From contig CANQWE010000003.1 of the NCBI GenBank assembly GCA_947627475.1, positions 1,005-65,004 of the forward strand: DNA of 64,000 bases. The letters are read 5' to 3'. The notes beneath the pieces are model-generated. The model did no database searches and had not been told where the DNA came from. It saw only the letters and a program-made list of their open reading frames with translations. Made by a program: the position numbers and the translations under genes. Source of the DNA: an uncultured Clostridia bacterium (GTDB lineage Bacteria > Bacillota > Clostridia > Oscillospirales > CAG-272). Below, one piece after another: positions 8,755 to 19,081 of the stretch (its first letter is position 1; every line of letters starts with the position of its first letter).

Positions 8755-10008
8755 ATGGAAAATACATTTTTTGTGGACTCCCAGCATCTGTCCCAAGCCG
8801 CGCTGGAAAAGAAGCATCGTTTGGAAACCGATCCCGCAAGCCGCAGAAATCACATGGAATATTTACCTGGGATGGAGGTGATCCAATCCGACGTGTGCCG
8901 GCAGGTTATGAATCAGGTGAAAAGCTACGACGACTCTGTATATGCTCCCAGGGATGTGCAGGCTGCACTGGAACATCAAACCTGTACCATAGAGGATTTC
9001 AAAGCCCTGCTCTCCCCAGCCGGGGCCCCCTTCCTGGAGGAGATGGCACAGCGGGCCAGGGCTGAGACCAGCAAGCACTTCGGAAATACGGTGTATCTTT
9101 TTACGCCCCTGTATATTGCCAATTACTGCGAAAATTACTGTGTTTACTGCGGCTTTAACTGCTACAACCATATCCGGCGCATGAAGCTGAATATGGAGCA
9201 GATCGAACATGAAATGCAGATCATCGCCCAGTCCGGCATGGAGGAAATCCTGATTTTGACCGGAGAAAGCCGGGCATGGAGCGACGTAGCTTATATTGGG
9301 GAAGCCTGCAAGCTGGCCCGGAGGTACTTCCGTATGGTTGGGCTGGAAATCTATCCTGTCAACACCGACGAATACCGGTACCTCCACCAGTGCGGCGCCG
9401 ACTATGTAACGGTCTTTCAGGAGACCTACGATACGGATAAATATGAAACCCTCCATCTGGCCGGCCATAAACGGGTGTGGCCCTACCGCTTCGACGCCCA
9501 GGAACGGGCACTGCGGGGCGGTATGCGTGGGGTGGCGTTCTCGGCGCTGCTGGGCCTTTCCGATTTCCGAAGGGACGCTCTGGCCAGTGCGCTGCACGTG
9601 TATTATCTGCAGCGAAAGTATCCCCATGCGGAGATGTCTCTGTCCTGTCCCCGGCTGCGTCCTATCATCAACAACGAGAAAATCAACCCCTTGGATGTAG
9701 GGGAGAGGGAGCTTTGCCAGGTGCTTTGCGCCTATCGGATCTTCCTGCCCTTTGTGGGGATCACCGTCTCCTCCAGGGAGAGTGCCGCATTCCGCAACGG
9801 GATCGTGAAGATTGCGGCTACCAAGGTGTCTGCCGGGGTTTCCACCGGCATTGGAGACCACGAAAGCAAGTATACGGGAAAGGAGGCGAGCAGCGTACAG
9901 GGCGACGAGCAGTTTGCAATCGACGACAACCGCAGCCTTTTGAAGATGTATCAGGATATTTCTGATGAGGGGCTGCAGCCTGTCCTGAACGACTATCTGT
10001 ATGTCTGA
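8755..10008 (+). CDS. thiH: 2-iminoacetate synthase ThiH (radical SAM)
   Basis: CENYCVYCGF is a CxxxCxxC radical SAM motif, in thi operon context. The true start may be a downstream ATG (MEYLPGMEV..). Confidence 0.85.
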   Translation: MENTFFVDSQHLSQAALEKKHRLETDPASRRNHMEYLPGMEVIQSDVCRQVMNQVKSYDDSVYAPRDVQAALEHQTCTIEDFKALLSPAGAPFLEEMAQRARAETSKHFGNTVYLFTPLYIANYCENYCVYCGFNCYNHIRRMKLNMEQIEHEMQIIAQSGMEEILILTGESRAWSDVAYIGEACKLARRYFRMVGLEIYPVNTDEYRYLHQCGADYVTVFQETYDTDKYETLHLAGHKRVWPYRFDAQERALRGGMRGVAFSALLGLSDFRRDALASALHVYYLQRKYPHAEMSLSCPRLRPIINNEKINPLDVGERELCQVLCAYRIFLPFVGITVSSRESAAFRNGIVKIAATKVSAGVSTGIGDHESKYTGKEASSVQGDEQFAIDDNRSLLKMYQDISDEGLQPVLNDYLYV

Positions 10009-10600
10009 TATTTTATGTGTGACAAACCGCCGGATGTGCAGGGGAGATTTTTTAACACGGATCGCAGAAATCGCGGCCTGCCGTCCCGCCGGGATCATCC
10101 TGCGGGAAAAGGATTTAACTTTGGCAGAATACGCTGACCTGGCGGGAAAAGTAATGGAAGTTTGCAGTCAGTACAGCATCCAGTGTATTCTCCACAGCTT
10201 TCCGGAGGTGGCGTTAAAACTTGGAGCGCGCGCACTCCATTTGCCCTTGCCAATCCTACGAGATATTCGGGGGGAAGAAAAAGCCTGTTTTACATATCTG
10301 GGCGCCTCCTGCCATAGTGTGGAGGACGCCCTGGAGGCCCAGCGACTGGGCTGTACATATATTACCGCCGGCCATGTATTTGACACCGATTGCAAAAGGG
10401 GCGTGCCTGGGAGAGGGCTTTCCTTTTTAAAAGCAGTGTGCGCCACCGCCTGTATTCCGGTGTACGCCATCGGCGGGATTAGGCCCCGGAACATCGGAGC
10501 TGTCCGTGCCGCCGGCGCCGCCGGCGCTTGCCTCATGGACAGCCTTATGAAAAGCGAAACTGTACAAGACCTTTTGCAGATGATGGAGGGAGCAGTATGA
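10001..10600 (+). CDS. TMP-TENI family protein (TenI-like thiazole tautomerase or second thiamine-phosphate synthase)
   Basis: ..GIILREKDL.. and HVFDT..K motifs of the ThiE/TenI fold. It overlaps the thiH stop, and a canonical thiE follows. Confidence 0.7.
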   Translation: MSDILCVTNRRMCRGDFLTRIAEIAACRPAGIILREKDLTLAEYADLAGKVMEVCSQYSIQCILHSFPEVALKLGARALHLPLPILRDIRGEEKACFTYLGASCHSVEDALEAQRLGCTYITAGHVFDTDCKRGVPGRGLSFLKAVCATACIPVYAIGGIRPRNIGAVRAAGAAGACLMDSLMKSETVQDLLQMMEGAV

Positions 10601-11238
10601 AATTCTTAAAAGAGATGCTGCGTTTGTACGCAGTTACCGACCAGGCCTGGGTGGGTAGGCAGACCCTGCTGGAACAAATCGAGGAGGCTCTGCAGGGCGG
10701 CGCTACCATGGTTCAGCTTCGGGAAAAGGAGCTGGATGGGGATGCCTTTTTGCAGGAGGCCGTGCAGGTCAGAGAGCTGTGTCACAGATACCATGTCCCT
10801 CTGATTATCAACGACAATGTGGATGTAGCCCGAAAAAGCAACGCCGACGGCGTCCATGTAGGGGTACAGGATACCCCGGCAGCCCAGGTTCGGGCCCAGA
10901 CAGGACCGGAGTTTATCATTGGCGTCACTGCTAAAACGGTGGAACAGGCAAGGCTTGCCTGGGAGAGTGGCGCAGATTATATAGGGGTGGGAGCGGTTTT
11001 TCCCTCGCCTACCAAAAAAAACGCGGTCCGCGTCACTATCCGGCAGCTGCACACTATCTGTTCCAGCGTCCCCATTCCAGCGGTGGCCATCGGCGGGATC
11101 GATTGCTGCAATCTATCCCAGCTACGGGACGGTGGAATGGAGGGCATCGCTGTTGTATCCGCTCTTTTTGGAGCAAAGGACATTTGCAGTGCCGCTGCGG
11201 CACTGCGGGAAGGGGTAGAAGCCATCCTGGGGACATGA
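10597..11238 (+). CDS. thiE: Thiamine-phosphate synthase ThiE
   Basis: LYAVTD...GGATMVQLREKE...LIINDNVDVA..ADGVHVGQ-like motifs. ATGA overlap with the upstream gene. Confidence 0.85.
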   Translation: MKFLKEMLRLYAVTDQAWVGRQTLLEQIEEALQGGATMVQLREKELDGDAFLQEAVQVRELCHRYHVPLIINDNVDVARKSNADGVHVGVQDTPAAQVRAQTGPEFIIGVTAKTVEQARLAWESGADYIGVGAVFPSPTKKNAVRVTIRQLHTICSSVPIPAVAIGGIDCCNLSQLRDGGMEGIAVVSALFGAKDICSAAAALREGVEAILGT

Positions 11239-11263
11239 CCGACAGTTTTTAATATAGGTTTTG

Positions 11264-11454
11264 TCCCTACAGATGCGTGGATAGAAAGCCTGCATCTCTC
11301 CCCCGTCGCCAATGGCGACACGCCCCAAGCGAATCGCAGACGAGGGGGCCATAAATAAGCAGGCCTCTTACTGCAGTGTTTCGCAAGTGAAACTGGCACA
11401 CCGTAGGTGTGTCGGAGGGGGAGTCTACGCTTTTCTTTCACGCATCTGTTGGGA
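11264..11454 (+). other. Structured intergenic element bounded by a 16-nt imperfect inverted repeat
   Basis: TCCCTACAGATGCGTG (11264..11279) against CACGCATCTGTTGGGA (11439..11454) pairs at 15/16 positions. Internal hairpins include GTCGCC-AAT-GGCGAC and ACACC-GTA-GGTGT. No THI-box is present. Confidence 0.4.
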
Positions 11455-11532
11455 CTGAGCTCTAAAATAAACAGCGGCAGACCGGGGGCACCACTCTCTG
11501 TCGCTTTAGAAAAATAATGTTAGGAGTAAACA

Positions 11533-12342
11533 ATGAAAACAGCATTATCTATCGCTGGCAGTGACTGCAGCGGAGGCGCCGGTATTCAGGCTGATCTGAA
11601 AACGATGGTTATGAATGGTGTATATGGAATGAGCGCGATCACAGCACTCACCGCACAAAACACCACCGGCGTGACAGACATTATGGAGGTTTCTCCGGAA
11701 TTTCTTGGAGAGCAAATCGATCGGATTTTTACCGACATCCCACCGGATGCGGTGAAAATCGGTATGGTTTCCAGCGCCCGGTTAATAGAGACCATCGCTC
11801 AGCGGCTTACCTTGTATCAGGCAGAAAAGATCGTGGTGGATCCGGTGATGGTATCTACCTCCGGATCCAGCCTGATGGAGACGGAGGCAGTGTCCACCTT
11901 AAAGGAAAAGTTGCTTCCCTTGGCCGCCGTCGTTACGCCGAACATACCCGAGGCGCAGATTCTTTCGGGTATGGAAATCAACGGAGAGGCGGACATGCCT
12001 GCCGCCGCCGCATATATCGGGGAAACTTATGGATGCGCTGTGCTGCTGAAGGGGGGACACAGCGTCAATGACGCCAACGATCTGCTTTGGGAGCGGGGAG
12101 AGAGCAAATGGTTTTACGGAAGACGCATTCACAATCCCAACACCCACGGGACCGGCTGCACGCTGTCCAGCGCCATTGCTGCAAACCTTGCGAAGGGGTT
12201 TGATCTGGAGGCATCTGTCCAGCGGTCAAAGGCGTATATTTCCGGCGCCCTTGCCGCCATGCTGGATCTTGGAGGGGGCAGGGGTCCCATGGACCATGCT
12301 TTCGATCTGACCAGTAAATATAAGGAAGAGGCCGGTTTATGA
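11533..12342 (+). CDS. thiD: Hydroxymethylpyrimidine/phosphomethylpyrimidine kinase ThiD
   Basis: N-terminus MKTALSIAGSDCSGGAGIQADLKT and a GTGCTLSSAIAA motif. Confidence 0.9.
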   Translation: MKTALSIAGSDCSGGAGIQADLKTMVMNGVYGMSAITALTAQNTTGVTDIMEVSPEFLGEQIDRIFTDIPPDAVKIGMVSSARLIETIAQRLTLYQAEKIVVDPVMVSTSGSSLMETEAVSTLKEKLLPLAAVVTPNIPEAQILSGMEINGEADMPAAAAYIGETYGCAVLLKGGHSVNDANDLLWERGESKWFYGRRIHNPNTHGTGCTLSSAIAANLAKGFDLEASVQRSKAYISGALAAMLDLGGGRGPMDHAFDLTSKYKEEAGL

Positions 12343-12956
12343 CAAATACAGTGATTACAATTGTCTTTACTATACTCTATTACGCCGCGGCGATCTCTTG
12401 TATGCGGGGGGTACGTCTGCATACAAGAAATTTTTGTATCTGCGGCCTTATGATTGCCATGACATTGCTGCTGGAATCGATTCGTATCCCGATCCCTACC
12501 GGCGCGACAATTCCGCTTTGTTCTCCCCTTCCTCTGCTTTTGCTTGCGGTTTTAATTGACCCCCGCCTGGCGATCCTTTCCGGATGGGTATGCGGGATTC
12601 TTGCAGCAGTTCTAGTCCCCGGCTGGCAGCCGGTTCACTGGGGACAGTTTTTTGTAGAGCATATGGTGTGTTTCTCCTGCCTGGGCTTTGCCGGAATATT
12701 TGGAAACAGCTGCAGGCGGAGGATTCTATGTGGACTGCTCCTTGCGTCGTTTCTGAAAATCATCGGACACCTGCTCAGCGGCGTATTGTTCTTTTCACAA
12801 AACGCGTGGGACGGTTGGGGTGCCTGGGGATATAGCCTGGGATATAATCTATCCCAGAATGTTCCCCTGTGCGTTTTGTCCGGCGCCGTGGTCCTGGCGC
12901 TTCCACTGAAAAATTTAAAAAAAGCCATTGAAAGGAATCATACAGCATGCGTGTAA
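12339..12956 (+). CDS. ECF-transporter S component, probable thiamine or thiamine-precursor transporter (ThiT/ThiW-like)
   Basis: 205-aa polytopic membrane protein translationally coupled (ATGA) to thiD inside the thi operon. Confidence 0.6.
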   Translation: MTNTVITIVFTILYYAAAISCMRGVRLHTRNFCICGLMIAMTLLLESIRIPIPTGATIPLCSPLPLLLLAVLIDPRLAILSGWVCGILAAVLVPGWQPVHWGQFFVEHMVCFSCLGFAGIFGNSCRRRILCGLLLASFLKIIGHLLSGVLFFSQNAWDGWGAWGYSLGYNLSQNVPLCVLSGAVVLALPLKNLKKAIERNHTACV

Positions 12957-13606
12957 CCGATCGTCTGATAGAGGCCACAAAAGAAATTTGGGCAGCCTAC
13001 AATCGCCACCCCTTTGTTCTGGGGATCCAGGACGGAACCTTGGACAGAGAAAAATTTCGGTACTATATTCTGCAGGATTACCTGTATCTGGAGGAGTATG
13101 CAAAGGTTTTTGCCATCGGCGTGGCAAAAGCCAAAAGCGCTGAGACAGCCCGCCTATTTGCCAGGTATGTGCAGGTTATGAATGGAGAAATGGACATTCA
13201 CAGCGGATATATGGGGAGACTGCAGATCACGCGGGAGGAGCTGGAGCGCACGCCCCGCGCGCTGGACAATCTGTCTTATACCTCTTATATGCTTCGAGTG
13301 GCATATGAGGAAGGGGAAGCGGAAGTTCTTGCGGCGATTCTTGCCTGCGCATACAGCTATGAAGTAATTGCAAAAAACATGATAAAAAACAATCCTGCGT
13401 CTGTGGAGGACCCATTCTACGGCCAGTGGATTCGGGGATATGCCAGCGATACATACGCCAGAGAAAATACAGTGCTGCTGGACACGCTGAACCGATTGAC
13501 TGATGCGTATGCCCAGGGGCAGATCCAGCACCTGGCCGATGTTTTTGTCGCCTGTTCCCGCTATGAGCTGGCGTTCTGGGAGCTTTCCTGGAATATGCGC
13601 AAATAA
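12947..13606 (+). CDS. tenA: Thiaminase II / aminopyrimidine aminohydrolase TenA
   Basis: HPFV.GI.DGTL..EKFRYYILQDYLYL is the TenA/PqqC-like signature. Confidence 0.88.
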   Translation: MRVTDRLIEATKEIWAAYNRHPFVLGIQDGTLDREKFRYYILQDYLYLEEYAKVFAIGVAKAKSAETARLFARYVQVMNGEMDIHSGYMGRLQITREELERTPRALDNLSYTSYMLRVAYEEGEAEVLAAILACAYSYEVIAKNMIKNNPASVEDPFYGQWIRGYASDTYARENTVLLDTLNRLTDAYAQGQIQHLADVFVACSRYELAFWELSWNMRK

Positions 13607-13634
13607 AAAAAGGCTGCCCGGGCAGCCTTTTTTC
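13607..13634. terminator. Bidirectional intrinsic terminator
   Basis: AAAAAAAGGCTGCC-CG-GGCAGCCTTTTTT lies between the convergent tenA and XRE genes. Confidence 0.8.
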
Positions 13635-13990
13635 TATTTCTGTGATTCCTTTTGCATGTAATCGATCAGATCCTGCACAATAGACAGGACAACATGCACC
13701 TGCGACGGAGACAATCCTTGCAGCATCTGCAGAATTTCAAGGCTTTCATTTTGAATGTAGCGCAGGGATCCACAGTCATTGTTTTTGAGACAAACGTCAG
13801 AGGATATCTGGAGTGCATTGATTAGGTTTACGTACACCTCCAGACTGGGAATACGTTTTCCTCTTTCTATCTCTCCCAGGTACTGCTCTGTAATTGCAAC
13901 CAAATCAGCCAGCGTCTCCCGGCTGATTTTTTGATTTTTACGGGCTTCTTTCAGCCTTTGTCCCATTTGAATTTTATCAATCGGTATCAT
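13634..13990 (-). CDS. XRE-family helix-turn-helix transcriptional regulator
   Basis: MGQRLKEARKNQKISRETLADLVAITEQYLGEIERGKRIPSLEVYVNL is a canonical HTH_3 motif. Confidence 0.85.
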   Translation of the reverse strand: MIPIDKIQMGQRLKEARKNQKISRETLADLVAITEQYLGEIERGKRIPSLEVYVNLINALQISSDVCLKNNDCGSLRYIQNESLEILQMLQGLSPSQVHVVLSIVQDLIDYMQKESQK

Positions 13991-14350
13991 TTGCAGTCCT
14001 CTCTCATTTGTGTCTCAAAAGGTCATAAAAAGTCCTATAGGATTTCTCCATAAAGAAACGAAAATATTGGCTGTATGCCAAATGCGGACGCGGATATAGC
14101 GTAAAATTTAAAAAAATCATTCACTCGACATATACAAACTTATCATAAGCAGCAAACGCAAGGAAACATAAAGTTATAGATCATCCTATCATAAAATACA
14201 TGTTTTATTCTGACGGGCCAAGGTCTATAGCATGGGCCAGTAGCCTGTTTTTATTTTGTTAATAATTGATATAATTATTTACATAAAGAGACAGATTTTA
14301 TAATATTTAGCCAAAAAAACAAACGGATAAAAAGGGAAGGAAGGAATAAT

Positions 14351-15415
14351 ATGAGCGAAGCAAAAATGCTGCCGATTAAAATTGATGCTGCTGTTATGAC
14401 AGAATGCTGGTCCCATGTAAAGTTATCTGTTACACAGGCTTCCCCCCATGGAGCAGCCTGGCTGGCAAGTCACTTTGAAATTTACATGGACAATGAATAC
14501 AAAATATATTTTGGTCATATAAACCAACCTTTTCGGATGATACATTTCGCAGAAATTTTGTCATTTAAAGAAATAGATATTTTATCGATAGATCCTGCAC
14601 ATATGGCGGATGCACTGATCCGGGAAATTAATCAAAACAACTATATGCTCATAAACCTGCTTTTTGAAGGAAATATATTTCACTACTACTTGTTTCACGG
14701 ATATGACAAAAAAACGCGGATGTTGTATTTTTCCAGACTAATCGACGGCGCCTTTCGACAAGTTTCGATGTCTTTTGATGACGTCAATAAATATTATACA
14801 GATTTTTATAACTATAGATTAAGAAATCCAGAAATGTTTCACTCCATTGGTTCAAATTTTTACTGCTTGACAAAAATAAGCGTAAGAGACGACTACACAG
14901 GTGAAAACTGTTTTGAAGATGCCTTTATGCGATTTGACGAGGAAATGCGTGGCAGCCGATACGGCATCAGCCCCTATGCAGATGGCGCGTTCGGGGAGGA
15001 AGCGTATTATTATACAGGGCTGGCGTGCTTGAAAATGATGGAGGTACGGGTATTCGAGTATCTGCGGGATCAGGAATATATTGTGGTTGCGGGATGGTAT
15101 GACAATCTGCTGCGGGAAATGCAGCTGAATTTTCAAAAACTGTCGGAGCACCGGTATATTATCTTATGCTCAATGGAATGGATGACAGCGCAATTTACAA
15201 AAATTGACGGCACAATTTATCCTGTGATAGAGGAATATAAAGCATGCTGCCGCACAGTTAAACAGATTGCCAATCTGGCCACAAAATTTGCTATGAGCAA
15301 GGACTGGGATATTTTGCGGCGAATACAAACGCTGATAACGGGGGAGTACGAAAAAGAAAAAAATATTTTGTCCAGGTTTACTTTTAAAATGCAGAACATG
15401 TATTTTAATAAATAA
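14351..15415 (+). CDS. Hypothetical protein, first gene of the carrier-protein cluster
   Basis: 354-aa ORF with RBS GGGAAGGAAGGA after an AT-rich 360-nt gap. A possible papain-like Cys (TECWSH) and His (FHYYLFHGYD) are present, but the family was not recognised with confidence. Confidence 0.6.
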   Translation: MSEAKMLPIKIDAAVMTECWSHVKLSVTQASPHGAAWLASHFEIYMDNEYKIYFGHINQPFRMIHFAEILSFKEIDILSIDPAHMADALIREINQNNYMLINLLFEGNIFHYYLFHGYDKKTRMLYFSRLIDGAFRQVSMSFDDVNKYYTDFYNYRLRNPEMFHSIGSNFYCLTKISVRDDYTGENCFEDAFMRFDEEMRGSRYGISPYADGAFGEEAYYYTGLACLKMMEVRVFEYLRDQEYIVVAGWYDNLLREMQLNFQKLSEHRYIILCSMEWMTAQFTKIDGTIYPVIEEYKACCRTVKQIANLATKFAMSKDWDILRRIQTLITGEYEKEKNILSRFTFKMQNMYFNK

Positions 15416-15443
15416 GGGTGACATAGGACTGGGGGAAAATAGC

Positions 15444-17279
15444 ATGAAAGGAAAAGGAAAAGAAACATTGGCAGGACGGGGGAGAGAGATAAAAAAAGTT
15501 TTTGCCAACCTCTGGTTTATGCTTCGGTTTTCCTGGGGCATATCCCGTTCCCTGTTTTTTATGACCGCCGTGTCAGTGGTCGTTCGTTCAGTGACACCCT
15601 TTTTGTTTTTGATCTTACCCAAGTATATCATAGACGAACTGAGCGGGGACAGGCGATGGGAAGTGGTGCTGGCCTATATTCTGCTGCTGATCGGCGTTAC
15701 GGCATTGGTAAAGGGGATTCATTGGCTTGTATGGTACCTGCAGGGAGAAGCCCGGCTGGTGACCCGGTACAAAAGCAATCGTGCTTTTCTCACTATGGAC
15801 CTGCATATGACATACAGCGACTTTGAAAGCAGCAATGTACGGGATCTGACCGCCCGGGTAAAAAACAATGTGAGCGTTCTGACATTTATTGAACAAATCA
15901 TCCCGAATTTTTTGGTGGACCTGTTTCAGCTGCTGGGATATACCTACATTATACTTCAGCTGCATCCGCTGATCCTTGTAGTCATTTTGCTAATTATCTT
16001 TGTAAACTCCAGGATATCGAAACGGCGGGAAAAACTGGGGTACGATTTTCAAAATGTCCTGGCAAATTTTTCCCGACGCTCCCAATACGTTTACAATTCC
16101 ATGATCAGCTTTGACGCCGGTAAGGATATTCGCATCAACAAGGCATCCCAGTGGCTGCGGGACAAATACCGTACAGAAACAGACAGGTATCTGGAAAAGT
16201 TTACGGAAAAGCAGAATCGGGAGCTGCGCCTTACAATCATAGACAATGTTATTGCTGCTCTCCAGGCCATTGTAATGTACGGATACAGCGCGTATATGGT
16301 AGCGGTGGGTAAAATATCTGTAGGCAGCTTCAGCGTATACCTGGGAGCCATCACCAATTTCATCACCAGTTTTACCGGTACGATTTCAAAATGTATCGGC
16401 ATCCGGTTCTGGTCCTATTTTGTAGACGATTTCAAAAAATATCAGGAAATCTCCGCCGGCCCCCCTGCAGAAAGCATCCGTTCTGACATCACGATGGAGG
16501 ATCTGGCAGATGGCATGGGAGACATCGAATTTGCAGATGTTTCCTTTCGATACCCGGGAACAGATACATACGTTTTGAAAAACGTCTCTTTCAAAATCGC
16601 GCGCGGGGAAAAGCTGTCCATTGTGGGATACAATGGAGCGGGCAAGTCTACCCTGATCAAGCTGCTGTGCAGACTGTATGAACCAACAAAGGGGAAAATT
16701 TTATATAACGGTATCGACATATCCACCATCGATTATTCGCTGTACTGCCGGCTACTGTCTGTCGTATTTCAGGATTTTCAGCTGTTTCCGTTTTCTGTCC
16801 GGGAAAACGTAGTTTTATCTGAAAAGTTCTGTGAAAAGCGGTTTTGGGACGCTGTTGTAAACGGCGACCTGAAAGAAAAGATTGATGCCTTGCCATATGG
16901 AGAAAAAACCTCTATCAGCCGGGAATTCGATCCCGCGGGGATCGAATTTTCCGGGGGAGAGGGACAAAAGCTTGCCTGTGCCAGAGCATATTACAAGGAC
17001 GCGCCTATCGTAATTTTGGACGAGCCTACCGCTGCCCTGGATCCGGCTGCCGAGGCCCGGCTGTATGCCCGGTTCAACCGGATTATGACTGACAAAACTG
17101 CCATCTACATCTCTCATCGTCTGGCATCCTGCAGATTTTGCGACAAGATTGCGGTGTTTGCAGGGGGAGAGCTGGTGGAATACGGCACCCACGATGCGCT
17201 GATCGCCAAAAAAGGGGAATATGAAAAAATGTTTGCCGTGCAGGCCCAGTACTACCAAAAGGAGGCGGCAGTATCATGA
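15444..17279 (+). CDS. ABC transporter, fused permease/ATP-binding subunit (exporter type)
   Basis: N-terminal 6-TM domain. Walker A GYNGAGKST, signature SGGEGQK and Walker B VILDEPTAALD. Confidence 0.9.
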   Translation: MKGKGKETLAGRGREIKKVFANLWFMLRFSWGISRSLFFMTAVSVVVRSVTPFLFLILPKYIIDELSGDRRWEVVLAYILLLIGVTALVKGIHWLVWYLQGEARLVTRYKSNRAFLTMDLHMTYSDFESSNVRDLTARVKNNVSVLTFIEQIIPNFLVDLFQLLGYTYIILQLHPLILVVILLIIFVNSRISKRREKLGYDFQNVLANFSRRSQYVYNSMISFDAGKDIRINKASQWLRDKYRTETDRYLEKFTEKQNRELRLTIIDNVIAALQAIVMYGYSAYMVAVGKISVGSFSVYLGAITNFITSFTGTISKCIGIRFWSYFVDDFKKYQEISAGPPAESIRSDITMEDLADGMGDIEFADVSFRYPGTDTYVLKNVSFKIARGEKLSIVGYNGAGKSTLIKLLCRLYEPTKGKILYNGIDISTIDYSLYCRLLSVVFQDFQLFPFSVRENVVLSEKFCEKRFWDAVVNGDLKEKIDALPYGEKTSISREFDPAGIEFSGGEGQKLACARAYYKDAPIVILDEPTAALDPAAEARLYARFNRIMTDKTAIYISHRLASCRFCDKIAVFAGGELVEYGTHDALIAKKGEYEKMFAVQAQYYQKEAAVS

Positions 17280-19069
17280 AAGGGAAAAAAACCATATCTA
17301 CCAGGGGCACATTTTCCAATATATGCTTTTGTCTGCGGTTTCTGTTTCAAATCAACAGAAAGCTGTTTTGGATTCGCGTTCCCAGCACAGTATTTCTGGT
17401 GCTTGCAAATTTTGTTAATGTAATTTTTATGCGCTATATATTCAACGCGCTCACCGAAGAGGGAGGCGTAAAAATTATTTTGTTGCTTGTTACGGGTATG
17501 GTGGCTGTCTCCTTCACCATCAGCACGCTGAACGCGTTCCTTTCCAAAATCGATACAAAGGAGCGAGAAATCACATCGTATAAGCTGAATTTGTTTTTAT
17601 CCGACCTGGCTATGAAAATGAAATACGCAGATCTGGAAGATCCTAAAATGAAGGATTTTATTTCTCTGGCCGGATCGGTGAATCCCTTTTTTGACGTGCT
17701 CACCTATACAACTGGATTTGTAACCGCACTGCTGAATGTCTCCGGGTTTGCCGCCATTATTATGACCATCCATCCCATTGTGTTTTTATTTTTGGGACTT
17801 GTGGTGCTTACGCAGATTATTATCGAGCGGAAGATGCGGGAATATCAGGGAGGTTGGCGGCAGGAAACCGGTCCGATTTTCCGAAGAAGAAATTACCTGG
17901 CAGATATGGCCAGTACTTTTCGATTTGGAAAGGAGATCCGTGCCAATCAGTTGGGACCGTGGCTTTTGGAGAAATTTTATCAGTATCACCAGGATCAGGT
18001 GTGGCCTGCCGACCGAAAAAACAGAAAAGCCGTGCTCCGCTTCAATACCTTAACGGAAGGCATTGCCGTTCTGCAGCAGGCAGCGGTGTATCTGTACCTT
18101 GGTTATAAGGTGGTTTTCCAGGGGATCCCCCTGGGGGATTTTACCATGTACATGACCAGCATTGATCAGTTTTCCAATTATGTCAGCGGTCTGATCGGCA
18201 ACTATTCTCTTCTTATGGGCGCCGGGATCACGGCAAGGGAAATCCGATATTGTATGGAAGTGGCGGGAAAGCAGGATGAGAACACAGAAGAAGGGAGTCT
18301 GGACGGCTTTGATAAGGCTTCTTTTGTGATAACATTTGAAAATGTTTCCTTTCGTTATCCCAATACGGAAAAGCTTATTTTAAATAATGTCAATATAGAA
18401 ATTCAATCCGGACAGACTCTTTCCCTAGTGGGAGAAAACGGTGCGGGAAAGTCTACCTTTGTCAAGCTGCTGTGCCGGTTTTATGAACCTACACAAGGAC
18501 GGATCCTTTTAAACGGAAAGGATGTGGCTACTATTCCCTATGCCGCCTATGCCGATTTGCTTGCCGTAGTCTTTCAGGACTATAAGCTGTTTGCCTATTC
18601 TGTGGAGGAGAATATCACGCTTTGTCAAAATCCCGACCCGGACCGGCTCCAGGAAAGTATTGAAAAAAGCGGACTAAAGGAAAAAGTAGATTCCCTGCCT
18701 CAGAAGGAGTCCACTATGATGTATAAAGAATTCGATCCGCAGGGCATTGAATTTTCCGGGGGAGAGGGACAGAAGGTGGCCATCGCCCGGGCGATATACC
18801 AAGACGCGCCCATCATTATTCTGGACGAGCCTACCTCTGCTCTAGACCCTATTGCAGAGTATGAAGTGTATAAGCGTTTTTCCGATATGTGCCGCGGTAA
18901 ATCTGCCATCTACATATCCCACAGGATGTCCTCATCCCGCTTTACCGATAAAATTGCTGTTTTTTCCCAGGGCAGAATCTGTGAATATGGCAGCCACCAG
19001 GAGCTGATGGAAATAGAAAACGGTGTCTATCAAAAAATGTTTACTATGCAGGCCCAATATTATCAATAA
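17276..19069 (+). CDS. ABC transporter, fused permease/ATP-binding subunit (exporter type), partner of upstream gene
   Basis: GENGAGKST, SGGEGQK and IILDEPTSALD motifs. It overlaps the upstream stop. Confidence 0.9.
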   Translation: MKGKKTISTRGTFSNICFCLRFLFQINRKLFWIRVPSTVFLVLANFVNVIFMRYIFNALTEEGGVKIILLLVTGMVAVSFTISTLNAFLSKIDTKEREITSYKLNLFLSDLAMKMKYADLEDPKMKDFISLAGSVNPFFDVLTYTTGFVTALLNVSGFAAIIMTIHPIVFLFLGLVVLTQIIIERKMREYQGGWRQETGPIFRRRNYLADMASTFRFGKEIRANQLGPWLLEKFYQYHQDQVWPADRKNRKAVLRFNTLTEGIAVLQQAAVYLYLGYKVVFQGIPLGDFTMYMTSIDQFSNYVSGLIGNYSLLMGAGITAREIRYCMEVAGKQDENTEEGSLDGFDKASFVITFENVSFRYPNTEKLILNNVNIEIQSGQTLSLVGENGAGKSTFVKLLCRFYEPTQGRILLNGKDVATIPYAAYADLLAVVFQDYKLFAYSVEENITLCQNPDPDRLQESIEKSGLKEKVDSLPQKESTMMYKEFDPQGIEFSGGEGQKVAIARAIYQDAPIIILDEPTSALDPIAEYEVYKRFSDMCRGKSAIYISHRMSSSRFTDKIAVFSQGRICEYGSHQELMEIENGVYQKMFTMQAQYYQ

Positions 19070-19081
19070 GGAGGAAGACTT

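Noticed and set aside
7886-10098. Long minus-strand ORFs (317, 164 and 411 aa) across thiG and thiH.
   Set aside because: They lie fully inside recognisable thi genes on the other strand. Their Arg/Gly/Pro-rich translations are typical of antisense frames in GC-rich coding DNA.
11240-11532. Possible second TPP riboswitch in front of thiD.
   Set aside because: A CTGAG is present, but the ACCTGAT...GGATAATGCC...AGGGA core is absent. It is kept only as an unassigned structured element.
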